Below, piece after piece: positions 38,476 through 52,217 of a stretch of DNA of 64,000 nt. Both the position numbers and the translations under genes were made by a program. Position 1 is the first letter of the stretch. The number at the start of each line of letters is the position of its first letter. The stretch is from Paraspadella gotoi (lineage: Eukaryota; Animalia; Chaetognatha): NCBI GenBank assembly GCA_051294375.1, contig CM119271.1:16558681-16622680 (forward strand), in the 5' to 3' direction. Under the pieces are notes generated by a model that did no database searches, was not told where the DNA came from, and saw nothing but the letters and a program-made list of their open reading frames with translations.

Positions 38476-41400
38476 CTAATGGATTGTAATGTTTTTTATT
38501 CATTAGTTGCTTCAATGATTGATTGAATTATTGATTAAAATGACGATCAAAGAGGATATAATATTAGACAAGACAAAAATAACAAGACAACATAATACCC
38601 CAACCAGAAAAATAAAAAACAAGTTTGAGGCAAACATTGATATTTCTGAGGAGGTTTCTGGATGGGTTTACTGGGATGAGCTTTCTTTTCTCCATAAAAA
38701 CTGAAAATAACGAAAAATTCCACTTTAACCCTTATATCAGACTGTAATCTCAGGCAGCTTTTAAACATGAATGTATTTCTGTTTATTAACCAAAAACCTT
38801 CGTAAACGAATTCGTCAAATAAAATATGAAAGAAATTTAAAATCCTAGTTCTTTTTTGTTATTTCTTGGAATTGAAAGTTTCATTGTTTAAGATTGGTTT
38901 CTCTCTTAAAAATACAAAATCGCTAAAAATCCGCATTAACCAGTTATTACTGAACCTTTGCTACCTGTTCAACCTGACATATGATATTTAGGTTCAGATA
39001 ACCTGGTGATTGTTAAACGAGATACCAGAAAGTCAGAAAAGAAAATCTGGAAAACCTATTCATTTCTTTGTTATTTTCGAGAGATTGACATGTCAACTGG
39101 TAAGGTATATTTCTTTCCTAAAAACTCAAAACAGCAAAACCCAATAGCTCCATTAATAGCCAAAACCGATACTAACTATAATATTATTTATTCGAATTTT
39201 TAAATAATAAACCTGTTTAAACGAGTAACTGCAGAACAAATTTTAAATTCTTAAACATAGTTAATTTCTTATATATTTTGCCGTCTAATGTGTAGTGGTT
39301 GAATACCTGTTTTTGAAAAATCAAAATCTCTCTTAGATTTAAAAAATGGCAATGATCGCATCAGACACAGGACTTAAGTAAAACCTTCCTTTGTCTAATA
39401 AATCTATAGATATTATTAGCAGTGATAAACCTGGTAAACGGGTGACATTAAGTAAAAAAATGGTTTTTTGTAAAATTTTTCAATGTTAAAATATACATTG
39501 AAAAGTAATGTTAAAGAAAAAAATTATATTACTTTATACGTGTGAAAAATAACATTTGTCCTTATCACATATCCAAGGAAGACAATCAGCTTTCGAACGC
39601 CGTATCATTTTTATGCAATTAACATAGTATAATAAAATGACAGTTGCAAAAAAAAAAGAATTGATTTTAGTCAGAAGAAAAGAAAGAAAGTACGAGTTTT
39701 ACCGATCTTTCTTCAAAAAAGCCCGCAAGACCATCTATACTTATCAGATTTGCCTATCAAATCGAAATTCGAATGACATGACTTTTTTCACTCCGATTTT
39801 GAATCTTTTTTTTTTTCCTGGGAGTCTGAGGCACCGTGGGCGGGGAGGTTCGTGGGAGGCTTGTCGTGCGGCGGAAAGTCAGCCGTTCCAGCCTTCTCTC
39901 GTTTGACCATTCTCGTAACTTGACCTTTTTCAAATCTCGATTTTGCCTTTTTCCAAGTATCGAATTTAGCGTTTTTGTTATGTAAAAGAAATTTTAGGTT
40001 TTTCGTGTATCCATCGGAAGTTTTTAGATTTTCGCTTTTCAGCATCCGAATTTCTTTTTTATTCGTTGGTATTTAGGGTCGCGTGGCCATCGACATCGAT
40101 TCATCGTCATGGCTCCGTAAACTTTACAAAGACATTGTTTTCGTGTTTTGTGCTCGTTAACATCCGGTTTCGGCGGCTTTTGAGGTGAACATGACTCCGG
40201 TTCGTCGTGGACGCTCGATCGTGACTACGATTTTTCGGGCTGAGGCTACGAATTTAAAGTTCCCGTTGATGCATGCTGAACTTGTGCGGCGGACATTTTT
40301 TGAAAATAATTAATGTGTACTTTACGTTTTTTCATATATTTTTAGTTTTAATAATATATTTATTTTTAGGTAATTTTTGTTATTTTTTGTGTTTGGTTGT
40401 TTCGGCGGTGTTAACCTAATTTACATCGATCGTACGGCCTCGATTATCTCGGTTTAAAGTGTTATTTTCTCGATCATGCCTTTTTTCTCAGATCTTCGCG
40501 ACTTTACGCTCGGAGAGATGTAATTTAGGATTATTCCCCCCGTTTCCCTTTCAAGCTTACAAATTAAAAACTATTATAGTTCTCCCTTTGTATTTTTTGG
40601 GACATCGATTTTTTTGCTAATTTTTTATTCGAAAAAGTTTTTCCTTTTTGTACGAACCGTCTCCGTTCGTGGCGGTGGGTACGGGGCGGCATGGTATGTG
40701 TTCTCTAATGAATTCGTTAGGTAGTGTTGTACTAGGCTATTTGTGTCGTGTTGTCCTTTTTGAGTAAATTTGATATTGGTTCGGTTGGCTTATTTTAAGT
40801 ACTTTGGCTGCCGCAGCTTTCACGATTTTCATGGTAAACGAATCTCTCTCTTGCGATTCTATTGCATGTTGTTATATGAAGATTGTGTATTTTTTTTATG
40901 TGTTTTTATTTTTGCTTTTTTTTTATAGAGCTAGTTATGTGGACTATGTGATTTTTTAGATGCATATTTTATTAGTTCCTATTTAATTGTGAGTTATAAA
41001 TAATTTCATAAAAAACTCCTAGAACAAAAATATTAAATATATATCACTATTTGGCCAGTACTGATCTCTACTTGTCAATATAACCTTATTTTAGCTGTAC
41101 TTTAATTAAAATGAGAAAAATGCCACCATTTAGACAAATTAAATGAACCAAAAGCAAAGAAAGACAAACGTCCACATATCAAATTTTTCTATGTAATAAT
41201 AACAGTTTTAAATTCAATTATTTAGAATAATAGTAAAAAACGCTGAAATATTGAAATAAAATAATATTCAAATAATAAAAAAATAATGAAGATTGTAAGG
41301 TTATTTGAACACTTGTTTTTCTTCCTAACTCTATTGATAAAACTACAATTATATTCCAAGTTAATGACCGTCAGTAAATTCTCAGTTTCATAGTAACATT

Positions 41401-43088
41401 AAATCCGATTAAAACCATTTTATTAATTTTAATAAAGAAAATAAAACGCAAATAATATATTTAACACTAAAAGACCCAAATTAGTTTACTGACATGTAAA
41501 TAAACAGTCTTAATTTATTCAGTTAATTTATGTGCATAGTTAAAATTAAATTAAATTAATGTAATATTAGTAAGAGAAATATGATAATCATGATTATAGT
41601 ATTTTAATTTATTTAATTGTCTTCTATATATAGATTATTAATAGAAAAAAGAAATTAAGCTATTATTTCCTCATTTTCATCTGGTAATTATTACTAAACT
41701 TTTTATATTTGGAATTAGAGGATAAACAGAAATGAAAGAAAAAGAAGATAAGAAAGTAGTGATCATATTCATGTATAGCAAATTTAAAATTAAATTATTA
41801 ACGTGAGAAAAGAAAGAAAAAACAATATAAATTAATTAATTAATTAATTAATGTTTTTACAATGACTTTGTTCCAAGCGTTAATAGATCCCGCTCTATAA
41901 TTCACTGTTGTCGTCCGTCGGTCCGCCCGCCCTCAATAAATTGTCACGCAACGAAAACTTAATAGTATGTATACATCGATATGAATAAATTATGGCAAAA
42001 AAAAGAATTCGTAATTAATCAATTTGTCAATTAATTAATCAATGATTAATTAATCAGTCAAATAATCAATCAAAACAAACATTTCGGATCAAATTAATTA
42101 ATTAATTGCCTAATTAATTAAATAATTAACTTGAATTAAGTAATTATTAATTAATTAATTAATTATTAAATAATTAATTAATTACCGATAATGATCGTGG
42201 GCAAATCCGACATTGTTTGCTCAAACTTGTTAACATGTAAATCCAAACTTTTTTCATGTTTTTATAGAAAAAAATGACTGTACTTTTGTTTCCCCATTCC
42301 CGTTAATGTGGGATTGAGCGACATCTTTCAGCCGTATTGGCTAAACCTTCTATGGAACAAAAAGACAAGGAGGAAAGTGAAATTCATACTATTTTGTTTT
42401 ATCTTTTATCCTCGAAAGATAAAGATTTGCACTCTCCTCACTATTCCACATCTACCTATCTATCTAACCACCGTTTTGTTTGAACAACAAGGTGATTCGA
42501 TACTTCTCCTCCCTTTCCCCCTAATGGTTGTAAACAAAAGGGGAAAACGCGGTCGAGTTAATTTTCGCCGCTTGGGGGCGAAAAAAGTTTCTTCGTCATT
42601 GTCAAACAAAAGGCGGTCGCGCTTTATATATCAATGGGAATTGCGTAATCTCTTTAGTAAATATTTGCTAATGAGATTTATCCTTTTACCCTAACGTAAT
42701 ATTTATATTGATTTATTTTTATCAACAGAAATAATTACAGGGCTTGTAATGTATAAATTGTATATATTGGAAGTAAGGAGATATTTTATTATTAGTTTTT
42801 TATGAGTGAGTATTAGTATCCCCTTAATCAAATACTTGCATTAAAAGCATTAAATACTCCGACTTATGAAATTGGTAAAATTAATATAAAATTATTGATT
42901 TAACAAACAAGCTATCTTAGAGACTTTGGAAAGGGCTTGTGGGTTACAAGATAATAATATATATCTCTCACTCTCTGGTTTATTAACTCCCAGAGTGCTT
43001 GGTTTTCCTATCAATAAGGTGTTAGGATATTTTAAAAATTGTTTCATGAGTCGAGGTAAAGCGAATAAGAAGGTGTTTTTATTCATAT

Positions 43089-43581
43089 TGAAGAGACTGT
43101 GGTGGTATATTCACACCGCCTCACGTCCGTCATCCTTCAGCCAAATCCATTGGCTCAGAGGGGGAACACACCATCCCAAGCGTAGTGTTCCATCCACAGT
43201 CCTAACGACTTCCCTCTGCGTTGGCAAAGCGAGACCGTCCTAGGGTAACCGCGCCAGTGACTGGAGGCGTCACTGAGGGTCGGAAGCCCCCAAAGCCAAC
43301 AGTGAGATGCCCCATCCCAATGGGCATCACAGGCAACCCGGCTGTTGCCATAAGACAGTAATTATTGTTATGTGTTAGTGACAGAACCGTTCAATATAAG
43401 CAGTCCCTGAGCTTCGGATCAGACTGTAACACCATGTTACAGGCGGGTTAAGCGCCCCGTCCCTCTTAACTGCCAGACGACCACCGGGCGAGAACCCCGG
43501 ACCTTTGGGTTGGGAGGCGAATGACTTGCCTCCGGCACCAATGGCCGCTGATGAACGGTTGGTGGATTTTTAGTCCACCAT
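43089..43581 (-). mobile_element. tRNA-Gly-derived SINE-like element (~490 bp) with a hairpin-rich body
   Basis: Minus-strand tRNA-like head at 43548-43477 (GCGGCCA acceptor stem, TTCGCCT-CCC-AA anticodon arm, GGTTCTCGCCC T-arm/B-box-like). A second copy at 10440-10662 is highly similar and has a GCC anticodon. Confidence 0.75.
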
Positions 43582-44512
43582 AATATCCTATTAATGAATC
43601 AGATGAGTACAATATTATTCAATCAATAATACATTATGAAAAGAATTACAGCATTTAGCAAGTAGCGTTTGTGGAACAATCTGTTTTGCCCGAGGCGTCA
43701 ACTCTGTCATGCTTGCCTCGAGGGTTGCAAGCAAAACCGGAACACGGGATACGACATTGTCAATCGGCGATCTCACCGAATTGCTAATTATGGCAGCGAA
43801 GGGAGGGCTCGTGTATTGCGACCGGCGCTAAGCTAAGCTGCTCCATATGAAATTCGATTATGTCATGTCCAAGATTAAAGTCAAAATATCTTGCGTCATC
43901 ATCGGCGATGGCTCTCTTCAATTTCAACGTCACTTCGTCATTGTCAATTCCGATCAAAGCTGATGAGCAGATCCCGACTCTATAATTCACTCTGTCGGTC
44001 CGTCGGTCCGCCTCCTGAACTTTGTCAGAACATCGAATTATGATAAATTATGCAAAAAAACGATGTCCGTTCGTCCGCAAGATGTATTAATTAATCAAAT
44101 AAATAATCAGTTAATTAATAAATTAGTCAATTAATTAATAAATAATTAATTAATTGGTCAATTAATAAATCAATTACTTATTCAATCAATCAATTTATTT
44201 AGTTATCTATTAATTACTTATTCAATCAATCAATTTATTTAGTTATCTATTAATTAATTATTCAATCAATCATTTTATTTATCAATTAATTAATTACTTA
44301 ATCAATCAATCAATCAAGTCAATCGTTATCGGCATTATTCTCGTCGTTGCCATCATCGTTTTCGTTGCTTTTGTCGTGGTCAGTGACAAAAAGACCTAAA
44401 AACAAACATTTCGGATTAAATTAATTAATTTATAAATTAAATTATTATTTTAGTTTATATAGTTTGTATTAATTAATTAATTACCGCTGATGAACGTGGG
44501 CAGATACGACAT

Positions 44513-45350
44513 TGTGATAAGAGGCGCTCAAAATGGATGTCGAAATTTTAAATCAGTTTGAGATAAGAGAAAACCTGAAACTGATTTTCCAATTTTTAAC
44601 TAAAGTCGGCGCCATAATCGCTGGAAATTTAAAGTTTTTAATTATCCAGAGCGAATTTCTGTTTATACTCGCTTAAATACTGAGTCAAAGGCCTGGATGT
44701 ACGCGAACTTAAGACGATGGTAACTAGGCTACTGTGCGTAGTTTATTTCTAACTAAGAAACTAAAGAACGATCTCGAAAATAATAAAGATATATGCATAT
44801 ATTATACATATATACATATTTTGTAGTCCTTTTGTATCAGAGAAAGAGAGATAGAAGCAGTTCTTAAGAAAACTGAAAGAGAAAGTTTAGAAAGAAGATC
44901 GTGTAGGGATCCCTAAAGACGGATCACTAAATCATAAAATGTAATAGATTCATCGCAGATGAAATCGGAACCAAAAATGGAATCGGATCCGCGACTCTGA
45001 TTGGATGAATCATCATCGAAACGGACCAATGAGAAGACAGGCTTCCTGCCATCGGGAAAGGAGCCCGTGTCGATGATCCGATTGTACTGTATAAATACTG
45101 GACCATTTTGTATTGATGCCATCTGTCCCAAATTCTGGACACCGTCTTTGCTTGTGACTTTCCAAGAATTAAATCCACTTTTGGTTTCATGTTAAAATCT
45201 CTGTCTACTAACTTAAATGTAGTGACAGGAGTGGATTCGACAGACCACGACTCCGAGAAGAAAAAACAAGCCTGGACCCCGCAACCACGTTTACTATTCA
45301 AGAAGATGGACTTTACCGGCAGCGCCAGCAGCGCCCGGAAGCTCCACTGA
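44513..45350 (+). mobile_element. 5' remnant of an LTR retrotransposon: LTR, tRNA-Leu-type PBS (45220-45240), start of gag; left boundary uncertain
   Basis: CCAAT and TATAAATA boxes in 45025-45097; the same block recurs at 38070-38265. TAGTGACAGGAGTGGATTCGA resembles the complement of the tRNA-Leu 3' end (TGGTGTCAGGAGTGGGATTCGA). Followed by a 'MDFTG' gag-like start. Confidence 0.55.
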
Positions 45351-45399
45351 AAGCGAAGGCGGTAGCATTGACCGTCTCAGCGATGTGTTCTGCTCAATA

Positions 45400-46935
45400 T
45401 TTGTCTATATTTTCACTCTACGTCCAAACGCAAGACAAAATTGTCAACCAGCGATTAATCACTATGTTTAACCAGTGGCTGCTCCAATACATGTAAATCG
45501 CTTTCAAAGGCTTAATCTGAACTGTTACTGCGGCAACAGTAATATTTTTAACATTTGCATCATTTTTTAACTTTTTCAGTATTATTTTTTAGCTTGTATC
45601 AATTTTTTAGCTTGCATCATTTTTTTTAGCTTTTATCATTTTTTATAGCGTTTATCATTTTTTTAACTTGTATAATTTTTTAAAATCGTATCATTTTTTC
45701 AACTTGTATCATTTTTTCAACTTGTATCTTTTTCAACTGCATATTTTTTCAACTTGCATCATTTTTTCAACTTGCATACTTTTTTTCAACTTGCATACTT
45801 TTTCAACTTGCATACTTTTTTCAACTTGCATAATTTTTTCAACTTGCAGCATTTTTTAAACTTTCACTATCTAGTTATCAAGTTCCATTAGTAAGGCAGT
45901 AAGGAAGTTGAAATGTGTATCCATTTTCTTTGTTTCATATCGATTTAAAATATTTTTTGGTTTGAATATCCATTTATCATGATTTACTGCAATATGCATT
46001 ATGCAAATTAGATTATAATACTTTTTTTAAATTTTTTTTGATAGTAAGGTCTGGCGAGATCATTATACTTTTAAGATTATGTTGCATGCGGCGAAAGGAG
46101 GCCATTCACAACGCAAGCATCAAGAAAGTAGTAAAACAGGTAATTTTGCACATTTTTATATTTTGAAAAAATATTTAAAAAATATTTTTAAAATATTTAC
46201 GTTTAAAAAAATCGAAAAAAACACTTGCTATTTTGTTGAAGAGCAGGTCCAAGTGAAGATCTAGTGAGTGCAGATAAAATTTTTTGAATGTTCCTTTGTC
46301 TTACAAAAGGCCTCCTGTTTTGTAAAGCCCTCTAATAGAATAGGGTGATAATATAAAGAAGATTTAATAGGACTGTTCTTTTGTTTCAGAAAAGATATAC
46401 TTAAACTAAATTTCATTGCTATTTTGTTTTAAAAACGCTCTTTTGTTTGTGGAGCCCTCTAACTGAAGGGTTCTGGGCCTAACTGAGTCTCACGTCTACA
46501 GAAACCGAAAGGGATGGAAGGTGAATAAGTATATTTCATAACTGGGGTCTATACTCTATCCGAAAATATAAAAAGGTCCAAAAAAAGGGGAGAGAGAAAG
46601 AGTCTGAGAGAGAGGAGAAGATGGACTGAACCTAAACTTGAACGCGACCCCGAATCCCCGTGAGGAGGATGAGGAGGGAGGAGGAAAAGAGAGAGAAGAG
46701 GAGCTGTAGACCCGCGACGTCTACCGGCCTTCGATTCTGGAGCCATCTGGTTTATTAAGACCAAAACAAGCAAAAAATTGCTATTTTGTGTAAAGCGATG
46801 CAAGTGAAGATCGAGTGGGTGCAGACAGAAGAGCAAATTTCTATAGAAAGTAAAGGGAAAATGCTCATAGTAGAAAAAGTAAGAGACAAACCCTCATAGT
46901 AGGTAGAAAAAGATACAAATAAAACGGAAAAAACG
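45400..46935 (+). repeat. Large interspersed repeat (family C) with an internal ~18-bp minisatellite at 45540-45860
   Basis: Blocks ACCAGTGGCTGC..CTGAACTGTTACTG and TTGCTATTTTG..AAGTGAAGATC recur at 9550-10800 and, reversed, at 35690-36110; unit TTTTTTCAACTTGCATCA. Confidence 0.7.
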
Positions 46936-46972
46936 GTTACTGTTTCACTATTTCTTTATTTACTTTTTCCAG

Positions 46973-47022
<50 letters not shown>

Positions 47023-47524
47023 TGGACTCTTTTGAAGTCACATTTAAAACGTTTCATTTTCATCATTTGTCACAAATTGTCAAAATGCACTGATGATGAA
47101 CAAAACAATTGTTCGAAAGATGTCTGCATTAATAATAAAAACAATTCGTTGTGAAAATCAAATTTTCTGTCTCTAAATCAACAACGAAAAAGAAAAGAAA
47201 AAAAATAATATTATTATTGAAAAAGTTTGTTTAATTTGTATACTGCAATTTTTCTCTAACTAACCACCGACGTTTATTTAAATAACGTTGTTTAATAAAA
47301 AGACGAAATTATTTTTACGATGCCACGATGACAATAGGAAACACTTCACATTTATTTCTGAAATTGAAAACATAACAATGCTTGATACATGTTGTCATGT
47401 ACAAATAAACAGTGTATTCAAAAATATGACATTTGTTTCTTAAAAAGGGAAAGAGAGAGAGAAACGGAGAGATAAATAAAACAATTATTAGCAACTTAAA
47501 TAATAAATAAATGCGTTTGACTTA

Positions 47525-48470
47525 CATGGTGACAATTTTACAAGCGCCGGTAGAATACGCTGTCATTTGCAAACCAGTGGTTATTTTATTGATTTTAAAA
47601 ATTAGTTGAGTAGAAAATACTAAAACTATTTATGTGTTCAATTTTATATTGATCAGTTAAGATATGCATTGACAATGAGTGGAGAAAGTTGGCTTTTAAA
47701 ATCGGGTTTCATTTTCCAACTCACTGTTTTTAAATTCTTTTTTTTTTGGATCGTTTAGCATTTTTAAAAAAAAGTATTTATTAAAATATTAACAATATTA
47801 ATATCCTCAGAAAGCCCTTAAAAATACGAAGAGAATGATTACTTACAAAAGCTCTAACATAAAAGTAAGCTGCCCAGCCTTGGTTCAATTAAGAGTATCA
47901 ACAGTGAATTATTTAAATTTTTAAATCTTTTTTCAAAATATATGACCTGTTTAAATTATTATAACATAAAATATTATTATTATATAAGTATCATGAAAGA
48001 GCCTGAGAAAAAAAGATTTAAGATAGCCAATCACAATTTGATAAAAATCATAAATTTACTCTCCAGCTATTGATTTTGAAAAAGATGTTTCGTTTTTGAG
48101 TATCCTGGGCCAGTTAAATTTTATACTACAGTATTCGTAAGTAAGTCATTCTCTTTAGATTTGAAAGGGCTTTCGGAAAATAATAATATTAATATTATTT
48201 TATTTATATTTATTTCAAATTTCTTAAGAAAACTTGCTGAAAGTAAGAGAAAAAAATTAAATATAAAAGTGAGTTTAAAAATTAGAGACGATTTTCAAAT
48301 CCATCTTCCTGCTATCATTGCTGAGGCATATCAAAGTCGATTTTGACAAAATTTGCATATATAAATAGTTTGGGTTTTTAATTTTAAATTCATATTTAAC
48401 ATTGAAAAAATTTTCATGGGTTTGTAAATGACAGCGTTTTTCTACCGGCGCTTGTAAAATTGTCACCATG
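47525..48470. mobile_element. TA-flanked MITE with ~50-bp TIRs (Tc1/mariner-type)
   Basis: CATGGTGACAATTTTACAAGCGCCGGTAGAA..ACGCTGTCATTT..AAACC at the left end and its reverse complement at the right; TA on both sides. Confidence 0.85.
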
Positions 48471-48680
48471 TATAAACCGGATAGTCTAATCGGGTAATTG
48501 AAAATTGTACTGAAACTTTTTTTTCAGGGAAATGATTATCGAAATTATTCGAAAAACCCCAAAGTTTTGTAATTTTGTAGTAAAATACACTCGTTTGTGA
48601 ACTTGACTCAATATAAGATAAAACGCCGCACCCAAAGAGGCAGCCATTCTTAAAAGATAAGGGCAATGAAAGAGAGAGAG

Positions 48681-48730
<50 letters not shown>

Positions 48731-49156
48731 GTACTGGAAAAAGTAAATAAAGAAATAGTGAAAGAGAGAGAGAAAGAAAGAAAAAAAGAGACAGAGAGAA
48801 AGAGACAGGAGAGAGAGTCAATCAAAGCTCATCCCTTTAATTGCATCCGATAGAAGAAAAAAAAACAATGTTTAATACACGTAATTAATATTCATTTCGA
48901 TTAATTATTAGAATAGAATTCAGCTGAAAGACTTGTAAAACCCCGTTGCGCACTGTAGCGCGAGTAGGTCTCCGTAAAGATATCGTACAGTAAGGCAGAT
49001 TTAAACCGACGCGAGAAAATGAAGCGAACGCGCGAGAGTGGAAATTTGGAAAGGGGGGGGTGGGTGTTAGGTCTTGGGACTTAAGACTTGGACCTTGGTC
49101 CTCAAGACCACGCCAGTTTAAGACGAATAGGCGGCCGGTTGAGAATTTAAGCCCTT

Positions 49157-49503
49157 GGGGGTCCTATTTTCACAAAGCACCCAATATCATTTTTAATTCA
49201 AAATCAAGTTATTTTTTTGGGTTTAAAGATTAAGTTAAAGTTAGTAAAAGGTTTAAAGTTGGGGATTAGATTAATGATTAGGTTTAAAGGTTAGGGTTTA
49301 AGGTTAGTGATTATGATTAGAGAATAAGGTTTACAGTTTGGGTTTGGGGTTAAAGATTAGGCTCTAAAGTTAGGGTTAAAGTTTAGTATAAATTAAGAAT
49401 TACAGTTAACGATTGGGTTTAAGGTTATAAATATAGCAACTGATTAGGGTTACATCTTAAGAATAAAAAACAGAAACGGGTCGCTTTGGGAAAAGAGAAC
49501 CCC
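49157..49503 (+). mobile_element. MITE with ~28-bp TIRs and a degenerate telomere-like (TTAGGG/TTAAAG) core
   Basis: GGGGGTCCTATTTTCACAAAGCACCC ... GGGTCGCTTTGGGAAAAGAGAACCCC. Other full or partial copies at ~1793-2125, ~3845-4374, 4743-4995, 18352-18665, ~29080-29280, 51209-52348, from 53304, ~56457-56960 and ~58290-58792. Confidence 0.7.
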
Positions 49504-49728
49504 TTTTGTTAAGGCTTAAAAGTGTCAGATTCTTGGGCTTTAGAGGACCAAGGTGGTTTCAGAGTTTACAATTGTTGGGGAATTCAAGAATTTACTATTT
49601 TTTTTAATTCTGGAAACTTTTAAGTTATTGGACTTCAAAAACCGGCGAAAAAAATCTGTACAAAATAACTTCGCCCAACCTGATTGGAGTCTTGAAATAA
49701 AGTCGTACTACGGAACCGCTTTTTAAAA

Positions 49729-49949
49729 GAACAAGTTTGAGCAAACAATGTCGGATCTGCCCACGATCATGAGCGGAAATTAATTAATTAATTAATTAAT
49801 CTATTCATTCAAGTTAGTTAATTAATTAATTAGGCAATTATAAATTATTTAATTTGTTCCAAAATGTTTGTTTTTTGGTGTTTCCGTCACTAACCACGAC
49901 AAGAAAAAGGATGACGACGACGATGACAATTATGCTGTCAACGATTGAC

Positions 49950-49980
<31 letters not shown>

Positions 49981-50649
49981 ATTAATAGAAAAATAAATCG
50001 ATTTATTGAATAATTAATTGATCGATTAATTGACTTATTAATTAATTATTGATTAATTAATTGACTAATTGATTAATTAACTGATTAATTATTTGATTAA
50101 TTAATACATCTTGCATTTAAATTTAAAGGTTTTTTATTTTTTCAATTTAAACTCATTTCCACTCAGACGATTCCATCAAAACTATTTCCAGCTTATTCAC
50201 ACACTTCCCTACCCACATTCAGAATAAATTTTAAAGTCAATTGCTCCATCCATTCATGAGTATTTGGCGTTCAAATAGTGAAATAGATTTTTTAAGTTTT
50301 TCCATTTAAACTCATTTTCACTCGGACGATTCCATCGAAACTTTATATCCAGCTCATTCACACACTTCCCTACCCACACACAAAATTTCATTCCAATCCA
50401 TCCATCCAATCACGAGTAATTAGAGTATTTTGCTAACGGTGGACGGATGGACTGACGGACAGACAGACAGAGAGACAGACAGACAGACAGACGGACGGAC
50501 GGTCATCGTTTTTTTTATCATAATTTATCATAATTCGAAGTTCTGATATGATAATAATAATTTACCGACAAGATTTTGGGGTGTGACCGAATGACCGACA
50601 AAGTGAATTATAAAGTCGGAATCTGCTGATAAGCAGATCCGTCTAAAAA
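49729..50649 (+). mobile_element. Helentron-associated/DINE-1-like non-autonomous element
   Basis: AACAAG start, subterminal TCGGATCTGC, (GGAC/AGAC)n microsatellite, 3' stem-loop GGAATCTGCT..AGCAGATCC then CTAAAAA. Partial copies at 5000-5790, 35425-35640(-), 41885-42230(-), 43960-44513(-), 54925-55368(-). Confidence 0.7.
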
Positions 50650-50957
50650 TGCTCTTAGACAAACCGGAATTCTTTTTAAAAAGAAGACGCTGTACAAGTT
50701 GAAACTTTTTTTTTAATTTTATGAGATTTTTTTATATAGAAAAATATATTTAATTTATGGAATACACCGGAACGCTTTTAAAAAATACGGTACTAAAACT
50801 TTTCGAGTAATTTATGAAAAAAAAAATTTAATAAGAAAATAGTAATAAAGAATACATGAAGAATAAATTAAAATGATATGAATAACGACGACGATAAGGA
50901 TCATAATTCTTTTAACGAAATGAAAGAAAGAAGGGAGAGAGAGAGAGAGAGGGAGAG

Positions 50958-50994
<37 letters not shown>

Positions 50995-51387
50995 TTCCTG
51001 TTTCCGAATTTTGAATTCTCAGTATCGGTTTTTCGTTATTAAAAACTGTTCGTGATTCCTTGATGCCTCCTTCTCCCCATCTTTCTCCTCCTCTTCCTCC
51101 CCCTCTTCCTTTTCTTCCTCCTCCTCCTCCTCCTAATCTTCTTCCTCACCCATCATATTCGTGATTATCTTTTCCTTCCTCTTCCCTATAACCTGCCCCT
51201 CAGATTTCGGCCCTATTTTCTAAAAAGCGCCCAATTTCAGAATAAATTAGAAATTATTTTTTTTAAGAGCAGGTTTCCAACTAATATAATGGTTTAGGTT
51301 AAGGATTAATGATTTGGTTAAAAATTGAGGAATAGGATTAAAGATTAAAAATTAGGGTTTAGGCTTAAAGTTAATTAATACATTTAG

Positions 51388-51848
51388 GTTTATTGTATTA
51401 ATCCTTTCTTTTCGGTGTTTGAAATGTTTAAAGATTGACAAAGAGGGCAGCCGGCAGGTGTATCAGGCCAGAGAGATATAAGAGTGGCACTGGAGTTATT
51501 TCCGCCTGGATCAATCCCTGGTGCAGAATTTACCGGTTCGGTCACACTCATCACTCAGCCAGTGACGCGCCAATGACCCATCACCATCGTCCATGCCTTC
51601 ATTTGTATAAACCAAGGGGGGCCAGCTCATTTTGAGCTCTTTCTTACTCCTTGAATTTCACTTTATAGTCACTTACCTATCACTTAAAAATTATTATTTT
51701 GACATTTCAAATTTTCTCTTAACTATCCTTTAGCTAATTATTTATTCAATAGATAATTGTTAAAAACTTCATCAACTTTAGTTTTTCAAAGCATTATATT
51801 TTTGTTGTACATTGCACAATATATCTTTATTATTATTTATCCCTGTTG

Positions 51849-51897
<49 letters not shown>

Positions 51898-52016
51898 CCA
51901 TCTCTCTCTATAATAAGTTTTACTTCTTTTTACAACTTAGTCTGTCCTCACCTTACCCTGTCCTCACATCTGACACTATCTGTCTCACAATTTTGTTTTG
52001 AAAACTTTTACCCTCT

Positions 52017-52071
<55 letters not shown>

Positions 52072-52217
52072 CACACACGCCCTTCCTATACATAAACTTC
52101 AACTCTATTTTCACAAACTGTTTAAACCGCTGAACGAAGGCCTTGAAAAAACAAGTCGAAGCATGTCGGTTTTATATAAATAATATTCGTTGCAAACCAA
52201 AAACTTTGTCAATCTCT
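51388..52217 (+). mobile_element. Older Penelope-like fragment with a degenerate hammerhead, short inverted terminus and 10-bp TSD
   Basis: TSD ATACATTTAG (51378-51387, 52218-52227); inverted repeat AGATTGACAAAG/CTTTGTCAATCT; same TCCTTTCTTTTCG tail; degenerate core CTGAACGA..GTCGAAGCATGTC at 52130-52167; CCAAT/TATA-like block at ~51570-51612. Confidence 0.6.

Noticed and set aside
43784-43990. 68-aa minus-strand ORF that looks protein-like
   Set aside because: Starts inside a Helentron-like end, is followed by stops, and has no recognisable domain; at most a decayed fragment.
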